From assembly GCA_043827405.1 (NCBI GenBank), contig JBDRPD010000087.1, positions 53,023 to 117,022 of the forward strand: a stretch of DNA of 64,000 nucleotides. Reading direction: 5' to 3'. This document shows positions 1-9,667 of the stretch, piece after piece. Each line of letters opens with the position of its first letter. Positions within the stretch are counted from its first letter, which is position 1. The translations under genes and the position numbers were made by a program. This DNA is from Elusimicrobiota bacterium. Lineage in GTDB: Bacteria; Elusimicrobiota; Elusimicrobia; UBA1565. Below the pieces are notes generated by a model. It was not told the DNA's origin. It saw only the letters and a program-made list of their open reading frames with translations, and made no database searches.

Positions 1-1
1 G

Positions 2-1294
2 GAAGCGTCCATCCACGGACTCGAACCGATCGACCTGGTCGCCGTGAACCTTTATCCGTTCGCGAAAGCGGCCGCCAAGGCGAGCTCGCCCTACAGCCGG
101 GAAGCGCTGGAGAATATCGATATCGGCGGCGTGACCCTGATCCGCGCCGCGGCCAAGAACTTTGAAGACGTCGCCGTGGTCGTTTCTCCGTCCGATTACG
201 GCGCGCTGCTCAAGGAACTAGGCGACTCATCCTGCCAGCTCAGCCTCGAGTCGCGGCGGCGGCTGGCGCTGACCGCCTTCCGCCATACCGCGGGCTACGA
301 CGCCATGATCTCCACCGCCTGGGGCTCGGCGGACAAGAACGCGGGGCCGTTTCCCGACAAGCTCGAGGTCGGCCTGCGGCGGGTGCAGACCCTGCGCTAC
401 GGCGAGAACCCGCACCAGAAAGCCGCGCTTTACGTGCGGGAGGAAAAAGGCGAGCCCTCTTATACCCAGCTGCAGGGCAAGGAGCTCTCCTACAACAACC
501 TGCTCGACGCCTTCGGCACCTGGGACGCGGTAAATGAATTTCAGGAACCGGCGGCGGTGATCTTTAAGCATGTGACGCCGTCCGGCATCGGCACGGCACC
601 GGCCCTGCTGGAAGCCTTCGACCGCGCCTGGGCTTCGGACCCCCTAAGCGCCTTCGGCGGCATCCTCGCCGTCAACCAGCGTTTCACCCGGGACATCGCC
701 GAGCGCCTCGCCAAGCGCTTCATGGAAGTGATCGTCGCGCCCGAGTTCGCGCCGGAGGCGCTCGAGCTGCTGGAAAAAAAGAAGAACCTGCGCCTGCTGG
801 TCATGAAGAATCCTCCGACGCGCACGCACCTGCTGCGCTCGCTGGGCGATGAGGTGCTGGTAACCGAGCCCGACCGCATGACGTTCGGCGGCGACCTCAA
901 GGTCGCGACCAAGCGCCGGCCGACGAAAGACGAGGAGGCGGCCCTGCGCTTTGCCTGGATCGTCTGCAAGCATGTGCGCTCCAACGCCATCGTGCTGGCC
1001 GATCCCAACGGCACCGTGGGCATCGGAGCGGGGCAGATGTCGCGCGTCGACTCGGTGCATATGGCGGGAGTCAAGTTCGCGGAGTACAAGAAGGATTACG
1101 GCGCGCCCAAGACCCTCGTAATGGCTTCGGACGCTTTCTTCCCCTTTCGCGACGGCATTGACGCCGCCTGCCGCTACGGCATCACGGCGGTGATCCAGCC
1201 GGGAGGCTCCATCCGCGACGAGGATGTGATCAAGGCGGCCGATGAGCATGCTCTGGCCATGGTCTTCACCGGCATGCGGCATTTCCGGCACTAA
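2..1294 (+). CDS. purH: Bifunctional AICAR transformylase/IMP cyclohydrolase (5' end lies outside the window)
   Basis: Frame is open from the window edge (..[11 protein letters not shown]). Motifs [41 protein letters not shown] and terminal RHFRH. Confidence 0.97.
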   Translation, partial: EASIHGLEPIDLVAVNLYPFAKAAAKASSPYSREALENIDIGGVTLIRAAAKNFEDVAVVVSPSDYGALLKELGDSSCQLSLESRRRLALTAFRHTAGYDAMISTAWGSADKNAGPFPDKLEVGLRRVQTLRYGENPHQKAALYVREEKGEPSYTQLQGKELSYNNLLDAFGTWDAVNEFQEPAAVIFKHVTPSGIGTAPALLEAFDRAWASDPLSAFGGILAVNQRFTRDIAERLAKRFMEVIVAPEFAPEALELLEKKKNLRLLVMKNPPTRTHLLRSLGDEVLVTEPDRMTFGGDLKVATKRRPTKDEEAALRFAWIVCKHVRSNAIVLADPNGTVGIGAGQMSRVDSVHMAGVKFAEYKKDYGAPKTLVMASDAFFPFRDGIDAACRYGITAVIQPGGSIRDEDVIKAADEHALAMVFTGMRHFRH

Positions 1295-1331
1295 CTGACA
1301 CCAAGCCGCTTGGCGGATTTCCACCGGGGCT

Positions 1332-3158
1332 TCAGGACCGCGGGTCTTCGGCGAATACTTCGAGCGCCTGCGGCGTCACGGCGCCGAAAAACCGCGCGAA
1401 ATACCGGGACGCGGCGCGACGGCGCGACGCCAGGTCCGCGAGCGTCAGAGCGGATATCTCCTCGAGCGCGGCGCGCAGCTCCGCGGGCGTGCGGGCGATC
1501 CATTTCAAATCCGTAAACCCCGGCAGCGGATCGGTGCGCAAAAACGTCGTCAAGTCCAGAAACACGACCGGCAGCCCCTGGCGCGCCGCCTCCACCCCCG
1601 CGGTCGAGGAGGCGAAAAGGACGGTATCCGCCCAGTCCAGGCATTCCTGAAGGCTCATTTCTGACGCTATCCGGTACGGAAAACCGACAGATGAACGCAC
1701 AGCGCGGCTCAAAGATAGGGGGTTCGACGGATGCGGCCGCACAAGAAGCTCGGGGGCGCCGGCGGCGAAAGTGCGGTCGAGCAAATCGAACACCTGTGGG
1801 GGTTCGCTCGGTTTTGTCGCGAGGGCCACCAGCAGCCTCTCGCCTTTCGGCGTTCTCTCTTTTGGGGCGGCGTTTGCCGGCAGCATGCGCAGCGCGCAGC
1901 TGCGGCGCAGGAGCCGCGCGGGGAAGTTCCCGCGCTCAAGCAGGTGGTGCGAGACCGCGCCGTTTGTAATGATCCGGTCGGGTAGGGGAAGGTCTCGCTC
2001 TTCGCCGCGGCCGAGGAGCAGGTTAAGGTGATAATCGGTCAGGGTAGAGTGCTGATAGCCGATCACCGCCGGACGATCAACGGCGGCGCGGGCGGCGAGT
2101 GTGATCATGCGCCCCCAGGTATGATTCTCGTAAGGCAAGAAGATGCGGTCAGCGGCGAGCGCTTTCAACAGCGCGTCCATGCATTCATAGTGCCACATAT
2201 CATAAAACAGGCTGCTGTTACGGGCGTTCGCCGCCAGCTCTTCGGTGATGAACGGCGCCGCATCGAGCCCGCAGAATGATTGATCGCCGACTACGGGAAA
2301 AGCAAAATAGCGCCGCTTGAGGGCGCGGCCCAATAGGCGCAGCAAGGCCGCAAAACCGAGGAAAGTATCGATGGGAATCACCGGAGACTCGGGGTCCGGT
2401 GCGGCGATGCGCGACAGACTGCGCCGAAAATCATGCGTGATCCAGCCGATCGTGAGCGGCGCGAGCCCGCGCTCGGATAAGTATCGACGGAGCTCGCCGA
2501 AATAGGTGTCCCGATAGCGACCGCTGTTGTCGAAGGACTGGTGGTTGATTAGGGTGGCGATAACCGAATAGCGGATCGAGGGATCGGGCCTGAAACGCAT
2601 CGCCATCCGCACCCGCAGCAACCTCCAGGCCGCGCGGAAAAAACCCACCATCGGTCCGCCGGGAAGAATGCGGTTGAGGCGGGCCTTTAGCGGCTCCTGC
2701 AGGCGCGTCGTTCCGAAAACGCGAACGCCCCGATCTTCCCCCCACCGCTTCAACTGGGCCAGCAGCAGAGGGTCGGCGCAGGCGATAATCAGCGTTCCCC
2801 CTTGCTCCCTTAAGGCCAGCCCGGTTAGCAGAGAAAGACGGAAACAGCGTTCCGGCAGTAGCCCGAACGCCGGATTCTTGTCGGGCAGGCGAAATCCCCA
2901 CCAGGTACGGCTGGCGTTGGCCCTGCCGAGGGCGGCCACAAACTCGGCGTACTCTTGGGGGAAATCCACGGCGCGCTCCGCCGCTAGGGAATGGGCGTCC
3001 AGTTCACGCGCCTCGGGCAGGTGGTGGAGGCGGGAACGCAGCGCCGCCGCCGCCGCTCCCTTGTCAAGGATGAGAAGGCGGGCCGGCCGCGCTCTCAAGA
3101 CCTCGCTTGGCACGCGGCCGTCTATCGGGTCGAAGAAGTGAATCTCAGGTGGGGGCAT
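1332..3158 (-). CDS. Putative surface-carbohydrate biosynthesis protein (GT-B-like C-terminus)
   Basis: Long ORF with D.YFG.L, PYEN..W, IGYQH, LPD.I.T.G, VRPHP and SSTAG.EA...G.P motifs, resembling capsule/LPS-locus proteins. Start placed at ATG 3158, 7 nt after TGcTAGAAT. Confidence 0.5.
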   Translation of the reverse strand: MPPPEIHFFDPIDGRVPSEVLRARPARLLILDKGAAAAALRSRLHHLPEARELDAHSLAAERAVDFPQEYAEFVAALGRANASRTWWGFRLPDKNPAFGLLPERCFRLSLLTGLALREQGGTLIIACADPLLLAQLKRWGEDRGVRVFGTTRLQEPLKARLNRILPGGPMVGFFRAAWRLLRVRMAMRFRPDPSIRYSVIATLINHQSFDNSGRYRDTYFGELRRYLSERGLAPLTIGWITHDFRRSLSRIAAPDPESPVIPIDTFLGFAALLRLLGRALKRRYFAFPVVGDQSFCGLDAAPFITEELAANARNSSLFYDMWHYECMDALLKALAADRIFLPYENHTWGRMITLAARAAVDRPAVIGYQHSTLTDYHLNLLLGRGEERDLPLPDRIITNGAVSHHLLERGNFPARLLRRSCALRMLPANAAPKERTPKGERLLVALATKPSEPPQVFDLLDRTFAAGAPELLVRPHPSNPLSLSRAVRSSVGFPYRIASEMSLQECLDWADTVLFASSTAGVEAARQGLPVVFLDLTTFLRTDPLPGFTDLKWIARTPAELRAALEEISALTLADLASRRRAASRYFARFFGAVTPQALEVFAEDPRS

Positions 3159-3246
3159 GACATACATTCTAGCAAGCCCCTAGGTCCTATGCCCGGCGGG
3201 ACCATCGCCCCTGGTTGACCGGACCCGCGGCCGCTACCTTTGTAGT

Positions 3247-5232
3247 ATGCGCATCTCCAAGCTGGCCGTCCTGGCGCTGAGCGCGGCGCTTGCCGCCTTC
3301 GGCGCCCGGCCCGCCGCCGCTGATGAACGGCCGCCCGACCGGCCGGCCTCATACCACATCTATCTGCATGTACCCCCCCTCCCGGACGCCTCCAAAGAGG
3401 ACCAGCAGGCCCGACGCCAAGCCGTCGAGGTGCGGCTGACGGCCATTGTGGACGGGGGCGCCCTTGGCGACCGCATCGAGCAGACGCTCGACGGCCAATG
3501 GATCGTCCGCTGGAGCGCAAAGACATGGACCCCTCGCGACGCCGGCGCGCGTATCGCCCGGGCGAAAGCGGCCTTCGCTCCGGCCGAGAAGGTCTCGATC
3601 GCGCTCGTCCCGGTAGAGCACCAGACCGTCGAGGTGCGGGACCCGGCCGAGATCGAGCAGCGCCTGCGAACCGATACCGGCGCGGTCCACGAATGGTACC
3701 GGGAACGCTTCGGACCGTCCTTCCCGCGCGAGCTCCTGGTCTCCGCGGACGGCGGGGCCGTCTTCGATTTTTCCGCCGTCCGGCAGGACGCCCCCGGCCT
3801 CGACTCGGCCGGGGTCTTGTTCGACGCCACCGGGCGCCCGCGAGACGCCGCGGCCGTTACCGAACGCATCCGTCTCGCCCGGGCGAAGCCCGGCGCCCAA
3901 TCCGGCGTGAACTCCCGGATCAAGGAGCCCCCCGCGCCGCCGAAGTTCGACGGCGCGGTCATCGCCGCGGCCGAAGACGCCGAGACGCAGGACGCCTTAA
4001 GGGCCCTGATCTACGCCTCGCGGGGCTACGAAAACGGTTTTGGGAAGGGCAGCGGCCTCCACGGACCGATGGGATTAAGCAACGCGACTTTCCAATGGGC
4101 GCAAAAGGAGGCCGGCGCCGAGCAGAAGAAGATCCTGGAGCAGGGCATCGACGACGATCGGGCCAACATCCTCGCGGGCGCCATCGTCTTCGACCGCCTG
4201 AAGACGCAGTTCGGAGGCAATACCAGCCGCGCCGTCGCGGCGTTCCACGTCGGCGCGGGCAATGTCCGCAAGCATGGCGGCATCCCTGCCGACGCGCAGC
4301 ACTACCTCGCCCGCTTTCATTTGGCCCACCAGCAGGGCATACGCCGAGCATTGGATCCGGCCTCGCCGAAAGCCGCGCGCAAGAAGGTTGTCGCGGAGAA
4401 GCCCGTTTCCCCCATCGGAGCCATTCTCCGCCGCATCCGGGAGGAAGCCACCGCCCTCCTCCGGGGCGAGCCGCCCACCGGCCGCCGGGACTCATTCAAG
4501 AACGTCCCCAAGAGCCTGGTCGAGGACATCTGGGAGGAAGCCACCAGCGGAAAGTGGCAGACCGACCCCAATGCCCTGATCGCGCTGTCGGAAGCCGAGG
4601 GCGGCGTCAACGCCGGGACCTCGCACGCGAACGCCCGCGGCGTCCTGCAGATCACGCCGGAGACCGCGCTCTGGGAGTGCGGGCTGTCGCGCGCGGAGCT
4701 GGCCGACCGGGCAAAGAACATCGCCTGCGCCGAGAAGGTCTTCGCGCGCCGGCTAAAAAATGCGGACGGGGACATCGTCCTTGCCTGGGCGCTCTACAAC
4801 ACCAAGGTCAAGTGGCACCGGCAGATGATCGCGGAGAAGCGCGTCGCCAATATCAAGGAGACCGTCCGCCACGTAACCCGCGCCGCCTACCGCTACTACC
4901 AGCTCACCGGAAACCCGGCGTTTGACCCCGGCTCACGGGCCTTCCGTGAGAAGTACTTTAAAACCGTCCAAGCCCTGCGCTGGTCGGCGGAGTCCTACCT
5001 CGACATCCAGCGGTGGGACCGCAACGAAGGCTACAAGGGCGAGATCCGCTACGCCGAAAAAGTTCCGGCGCTGGAAGGGACTCTCGCCGCGGGTCCAAAC
5101 AGCGCGCCCGGCCGCTGGCGCCGCAACAGCACCGGGACGCACTGGTACCGCAGCTCGCGCGCCCAGGGGCAGCGCTGGGACGTCTACCCCTACCGCGACC
5201 AGAACGGCCGCGTGACCGACCCGCCTGTTTAA
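3247..5232 (+). CDS. Exported protein with two lytic transglycosylase (SLT)-like domains
   Basis: Signal peptide. SLT-like repeats GPMGL..NILAG..AVAAFHVG.GNV and AEGG..ARGVLQI.P.TA..NI..ALYN. Confidence 0.7.
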   Translation: MRISKLAVLALSAALAAFGARPAAADERPPDRPASYHIYLHVPPLPDASKEDQQARRQAVEVRLTAIVDGGALGDRIEQTLDGQWIVRWSAKTWTPRDAGARIARAKAAFAPAEKVSIALVPVEHQTVEVRDPAEIEQRLRTDTGAVHEWYRERFGPSFPRELLVSADGGAVFDFSAVRQDAPGLDSAGVLFDATGRPRDAAAVTERIRLARAKPGAQSGVNSRIKEPPAPPKFDGAVIAAAEDAETQDALRALIYASRGYENGFGKGSGLHGPMGLSNATFQWAQKEAGAEQKKILEQGIDDDRANILAGAIVFDRLKTQFGGNTSRAVAAFHVGAGNVRKHGGIPADAQHYLARFHLAHQQGIRRALDPASPKAARKKVVAEKPVSPIGAILRRIREEATALLRGEPPTGRRDSFKNVPKSLVEDIWEEATSGKWQTDPNALIALSEAEGGVNAGTSHANARGVLQITPETALWECGLSRAELADRAKNIACAEKVFARRLKNADGDIVLAWALYNTKVKWHRQMIAEKRVANIKETVRHVTRAAYRYYQLTGNPAFDPGSRAFREKYFKTVQALRWSAESYLDIQRWDRNEGYKGEIRYAEKVPALEGTLAAGPNSAPGRWRRNSTGTHWYRSSRAQGQRWDVYPYRDQNGRVTDPPV

Positions 5233-5262
5233 CGGCTCAAGAAGAAGCTCCTGCGGGGCGAA

Positions 5263-6723
5263 CTAGCTCTCCGGGCGCCGCCATGAGCGTTCGTCGCCCA
5301 TAAGCTTGTCGGCCTCTTCCGGCCCCCAGCATCCCGCCGGATAGAGGCCGGGCGCCGCGTCGTCCTCTTGGAGCAGTGGATCGAAAAAAGCCCAGGTATC
5401 GCGAACCGCGTCATCGCGGATGAAGAGCGTCTGATCTCCCAGCATGGCGTCCAGCAGCAGCCGGTGGTATGCTTCCGGCGGGTCCGCGCCGAAAATTTCT
5501 CTATAGTGGACATCCATCGTCAGCGAGCCCAGACAGAGCTTCGGTCCGGGCTTCTTCGCCTCGAGAGTCAGGGAAATGCCTTCGTCCGGCTGGATGCGGA
5601 AGGTTAAAACGTTCGCCGCCAAATCTTCGGGAGTCAGGCCGGGAATGATCGAGTGCGGAACACTTTTGAACACGACCGCGATCTCGGCGACCCGGCGGGC
5701 GAGCTTTTTCCCGGAACGCAGGAATATGGGAACTCCCTTCCAGCGCCAGTTGTCTATCTCCAGGCGCATCGCGGCATAGGTCGGCGTCCGCGAACCTTCC
5801 GCGACGCCCGGCTCTCGCGCATAACCCGCGTACTGACCGAGCACGACATGCTCGGCGCGCGCCCGCTTATCCAACGGCAGGAGCGACTGGAAAACCTTGG
5901 CCTTCTCATTGCGTATCGCATCGGCGCCGAACCCCGACGGGGGCTCCATGGCGGTCAGGGCAAGAAGCTGCGTCATATGGTTCTGAAACATATCGCGCAG
6001 GACGCCCGACGAGTCGTAATAGCCCGCCCGGCTCTCGACCCCGAGGCTTTCAAGGACCGAGATTTGGATATGGTCCACATGCTCACGGTTCCATACCGGC
6101 TCGAATATGGAGTTGGCGAAACGAAACATCATAATGTTCTGAACCGTCTCTTTCCCCAAGTAGTGGTCGATGCGGTATATCTGCTCCTCGCGTAAAAACT
6201 TCCCGATCTCGCCGCTCAGGCTGCGGGCGCTCTCGAGATCACGGCCGAATGGTTTTTCCACGACCACGCGGGAACGGCCCTTCCCGCCGACCCCTTCCAG
6301 CAGGCCGGCCTCGGCCAACCGGCGCGGGATGACGGGATAAAGCGCGGGCGGGACGGCCAGATAGTAGACCACGTTGCCCGCGGAGCCGAATTTCCGGTCC
6401 AGCTCTTCGAGCTTCGACTTCAGCGAGGCGTAGGTGGCCGGATCGTCGTAGGAGCCGCTGAGATAATAAAGGGCGTTAAGGCCGGGGGCGCGCGAACGGA
6501 AGGCCTCATCGCTGAGACTGCTGCGGGCGATGCCGAGCGCGTAGAAGCCTTGCGGCAGGAGCTTTCCTTTTTGCAGAGAAAGCAGCGCCGGCAGCAGTTT
6601 ACGCGCGGCAAGATCGCCGGAGGCGCCGAAGATGACAAGTCCGCAGGGCTCCGGCCGCGTCTCGACGCAGAGGCGCTCTCTGACGCGGATGCGGGAGCGG
6701 GACTCCTTTTCCGCTTCGTTCAA
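5263..6723 (-). CDS. zwf: Glucose-6-phosphate 1-dehydrogenase
   Basis: GASGDLA, EKPFG, RIDHYLGKE, RDMFQNH and RW.GVP motifs. Confidence 0.97.
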   Translation of the reverse strand: MNEAEKESRSRIRVRERLCVETRPEPCGLVIFGASGDLAARKLLPALLSLQKGKLLPQGFYALGIARSSLSDEAFRSRAPGLNALYYLSGSYDDPATYASLKSKLEELDRKFGSAGNVVYYLAVPPALYPVIPRRLAEAGLLEGVGGKGRSRVVVEKPFGRDLESARSLSGEIGKFLREEQIYRIDHYLGKETVQNIMMFRFANSIFEPVWNREHVDHIQISVLESLGVESRAGYYDSSGVLRDMFQNHMTQLLALTAMEPPSGFGADAIRNEKAKVFQSLLPLDKRARAEHVVLGQYAGYAREPGVAEGSRTPTYAAMRLEIDNWRWKGVPIFLRSGKKLARRVAEIAVVFKSVPHSIIPGLTPEDLAANVLTFRIQPDEGISLTLEAKKPGPKLCLGSLTMDVHYREIFGADPPEAYHRLLLDAMLGDQTLFIRDDAVRDTWAFFDPLLQEDDAAPGLYPAGCWGPEEADKLMGDERSWRRPES

Positions 6724-7625
6724 GTCCGCCCCTTCCGGCGGACCGCGTGGCCGCCGAACTCGCCGCGCAGCGCAGACAAGAGCTTGTCCGAGAATGCGTC
6801 CTTTTGGCGGGAACGGAAGCGGCGGAAAAGGGCAAGCGCGATCGTCGGCACGGGCACGGCCGCCTCCACCGCCTCCTGGACGGTCCAGCGGCCCTCGCCC
6901 GAATCCGGCACGTAGCCCGCGACCGATTTCAGCTCCGGGTCTTTTTGCAGCGCGCTCTCGATGAGCTCCAGCAGCCAGGAGCGCACGACGCTCCCCCGGT
7001 TCCAGAGGCCGGCGATTCGGCGGAGATCCATTTTCGCCGGATGGGAGCGCAGGAGCTCAAAGCCCTCGGCGTAGGCCTGCATGAGCGCATATTCGATACC
7101 GTTGTGGATCATTTTGACGAAATGCCCGGTTCCGGCCGGACCGACATGCGCATAGCCGTTCTTGGGCGCCAAGGTCTTGAACACCGGCTCAAGCGTCCTG
7201 AAGGCGCGCCGCTCGCCGCCGATCATGAGGCAGTACCCCTCTTTGAGCCCCCATATGCCGCCGCTCACCCCCGCGTCGAGGTAATGGATTCCTTGGCGGC
7301 CGAGAACACGCACATGCTCGGCGTCGTCTTTGTATAGGGAGTTCCCTCCGTCCACGACGATATCCCCCTTATCGAGAAGCGCGGAAAGCTCGCGGACCGC
7401 CGCCCGAACGGGCTCGCCGGCCGGGATCATGAGCCATACCGATCTCGGCGCCTTGAGCTTGGCCACAGCTTCCTTGATGGTCCGGGCTCGCGATGCGCCG
7501 AAGCGAACCGCGGCGGTCACGGCCTTCCCGTCGCGATCGCATCCCACGACCTGATGCCCGCCTTTAATGAGGCGGCGCGTCATGTTTAAGCCCATCTTGC
7601 CCAACCCGATCATCGCTATGCGCAT
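6720..7625 (-). CDS. gnd: Decarboxylating 6-phosphogluconate dehydrogenase (short form)
   Basis: GLGKMG, DGGNS, GVSGG, KMIHNGIEY, DSGEGRW and FGGH motifs; overlaps zwf start. Confidence 0.95.
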   Translation of the reverse strand: MRIAMIGLGKMGLNMTRRLIKGGHQVVGCDRDGKAVTAAVRFGASRARTIKEAVAKLKAPRSVWLMIPAGEPVRAAVRELSALLDKGDIVVDGGNSLYKDDAEHVRVLGRQGIHYLDAGVSGGIWGLKEGYCLMIGGERRAFRTLEPVFKTLAPKNGYAHVGPAGTGHFVKMIHNGIEYALMQAYAEGFELLRSHPAKMDLRRIAGLWNRGSVVRSWLLELIESALQKDPELKSVAGYVPDSGEGRWTVQEAVEAAVPVPTIALALFRRFRSRQKDAFSDKLLSALRGEFGGHAVRRKGRT

Positions 7626-7707
7626 AAAATCCCCCTGCCAGTGCCGACTGACAATCAGTTTCCCATACTACCTGGGTATAAGTGAAGCGCCGCGGCCGCG
7701 GCGCTCC

Positions 7708-8649
7708 TCACGCCAAGCCGCGCAGACAGGCCTGCGCGATGTGTTCGCTGGACAGTCCGTGTTTTCGGTACAGTTCGGCGCCGTCCGCGGATTCCCCGAA
7801 GTCGCGGACGCCGAGGCGCACAACGGGACAGGCCGCGCCCTGTTCAGCCAGCGCCTCGCTGACGGCGCTGCCGAGGCCGCCGATGACGTTGTGGTCCTCG
7901 ACGGTGACGATGCGGCCGCTTTCCGCCGCCGCCGCCGCCACGGCGCCGCCGTCGAACGGCGCGATGGTCGCGGCGTTGACGACGCGGACCGCGGTTCCTT
8001 GACGCTCGAGTTCGCGCGCCGCGGCGAGCGCTTCGCCGACCGTCCCGCCGGAGGCGAATATCGTCGCCTGCAGGGGAGCGCCGCCGCGCCGGGGCTCGAA
8101 CAGGGTATCGGCAACGCCGACCTTGAACACGTAGTCGCGCGCATGGACATCGTCCATCTTTTGCCGCGTCAGACGGATATAGACCGGCCCGGGGTACGTG
8201 ATCATCCACTCGACCGCCTGCTGCGTCTCCCGGTCGTCGGCGGGCTGCAGGATGGTGACATGCGGGAGCGAGCGCATCGCGCCCAAGTCCTCCAAACCCA
8301 TCTGTGAGGCCCCGTCCTCGCCGATGCCGATGCCCGCATGCGTACCGACGAGCTTGACGTCGGCGCGGTTGTAGGCGACGGCGACCCGGATCGTCTCCAA
8401 GCGGCCGACGAGGAAGCAGGCGAAGCTCGTCGCCACCGCGGTCTTGCCGCACAGCGCCAGTCCCGCCGCGGCGCCGATCATGTTCTGCTCGGCGATGCCG
8501 AACTCGAAGTGCCGGTCGGGGAATTCCTTTTGAAAATCGACGGTCATGGTCGATTTAGCCAAGTCGGCGTCGAGGACGACGAGGTTCTTGTGCTTGCGTC
8601 CGAGCCGCGCCAATGCTTCGCCGAAGGAGCTGCGCGTCGCCCTACCCAT
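7708..8649 (-). CDS. Transketolase, C-terminal (pyrimidine-binding) subunit
   Basis: DADL..ST, GIAEQNM, GEDGASQ, GPVYIRL and EDH..IGGLG motifs. Confidence 0.93.
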   Translation of the reverse strand: MGRATRSSFGEALARLGRKHKNLVVLDADLAKSTMTVDFQKEFPDRHFEFGIAEQNMIGAAAGLALCGKTAVATSFACFLVGRLETIRVAVAYNRADVKLVGTHAGIGIGEDGASQMGLEDLGAMRSLPHVTILQPADDRETQQAVEWMITYPGPVYIRLTRQKMDDVHARDYVFKVGVADTLFEPRRGGAPLQATIFASGGTVGEALAAARELERQGTAVRVVNAATIAPFDGGAVAAAAAESGRIVTVEDHNVIGGLGSAVSEALAEQGAACPVVRLGVRDFGESADGAELYRKHGLSSEHIAQACLRGLA

Positions 8650-9478
8650 TGCGCAGCTCCTTGACGGCGCGGTCCGCCTCGTCTTTGCCGGGGACCTTGC
8701 CGTGCCAGCCGATGTCGTTTTCCATAAATGAGACGCCCTTCCCTTTTACCGTTTTTGCGATGATCGCCAACGGCCGCTGCTGTTCCCGCCGCGCCTCGCC
8801 CAGCGCCCGCCGGATCGCGGCGAAATCGTGGCCGTTGATCTCGGCCGTATTCCAGTTGAAGGCCTGGAACTTGGCGGCGAGGGGCGCGATATCCATGATC
8901 TCCGCGACCGGTCCGTCGATCTGCCCGCCGTTGCAGTCGACGATTGCCGTCAGATTGCCCAGCTTGAACTTCGGCGCCGACATGACCGCCTCCCACACCT
9001 GGCCCTCCTGCATCTCGCCGTCTCCGAGGATGCACCAAGTGCGGTAGTCCAGCTTATCCAGACGGGCGGCCAATGCCATGCCGACGCCGATGGATAGGCC
9101 TTGTCCCAGTGAACCGGTTGAGACCTCGATGCCGGGCAGGCGCAAGCGGTCCGGGTGTCCCTGCAGCGGGCTGTCCAGCCGGCGCAGGCGCAGCAGTTCC
9201 GTTTTAGGGAAATAGCCCGCGTGCGCCATGATGCTGTAAAGCGCCGGGCAGGCGTGCCCCTTCGAGAGGATGACACGGTCGCGCTCCGGCCAGCCGGGTT
9301 CGTCCGGCCGGTGGCGGATGAACTCGGTATAAAGCACGGACAGGATGTCGATGATCGACAGGGAGCCCCCAGGATGTCCGGAGCCGGCCCGCTCCAGCAT
9401 GCGGATGATGTCGATGCGCAGTTCGCGCGTGAGCGCTTCGAGGTCGGTATTCCGTCGTTCATTCCGGACGTCGGCCAT
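8642..9478 (-). CDS. Transketolase, N-terminal (TPP-binding) subunit
   Basis: SGHPGGSLS, LSKGH, LQGHP, TGSLGQG, GDGE..EG and KGKG..WHG motifs. Start moved to ATG 9478 (MADVRN); the upstream extension in the ORF track is non-homologous. Confidence 0.93.
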   Translation of the reverse strand: MADVRNERRNTDLEALTRELRIDIIRMLERAGSGHPGGSLSIIDILSVLYTEFIRHRPDEPGWPERDRVILSKGHACPALYSIMAHAGYFPKTELLRLRRLDSPLQGHPDRLRLPGIEVSTGSLGQGLSIGVGMALAARLDKLDYRTWCILGDGEMQEGQVWEAVMSAPKFKLGNLTAIVDCNGGQIDGPVAEIMDIAPLAAKFQAFNWNTAEINGHDFAAIRRALGEARREQQRPLAIIAKTVKGKGVSFMENDIGWHGKVPGKDEADRAVKELRNG

Positions 9479-9667
9479 AAGTCTGATTCTACAATAATGC
9501 GGAATCGCGAAAATTAAATGCGCATCAATAAATCCGTCGCAAGAGCCCGCCGGTGGAAACCGCCCAAGCCGAGGCCTTCCGGGCAATAAAAACTGGGCCC
9601 AAAGCCGCCCGCCCCTGGGGCCAAATACCCTTAACCAAGAGAACGGCGCCGCTATCCTATACGCAGA

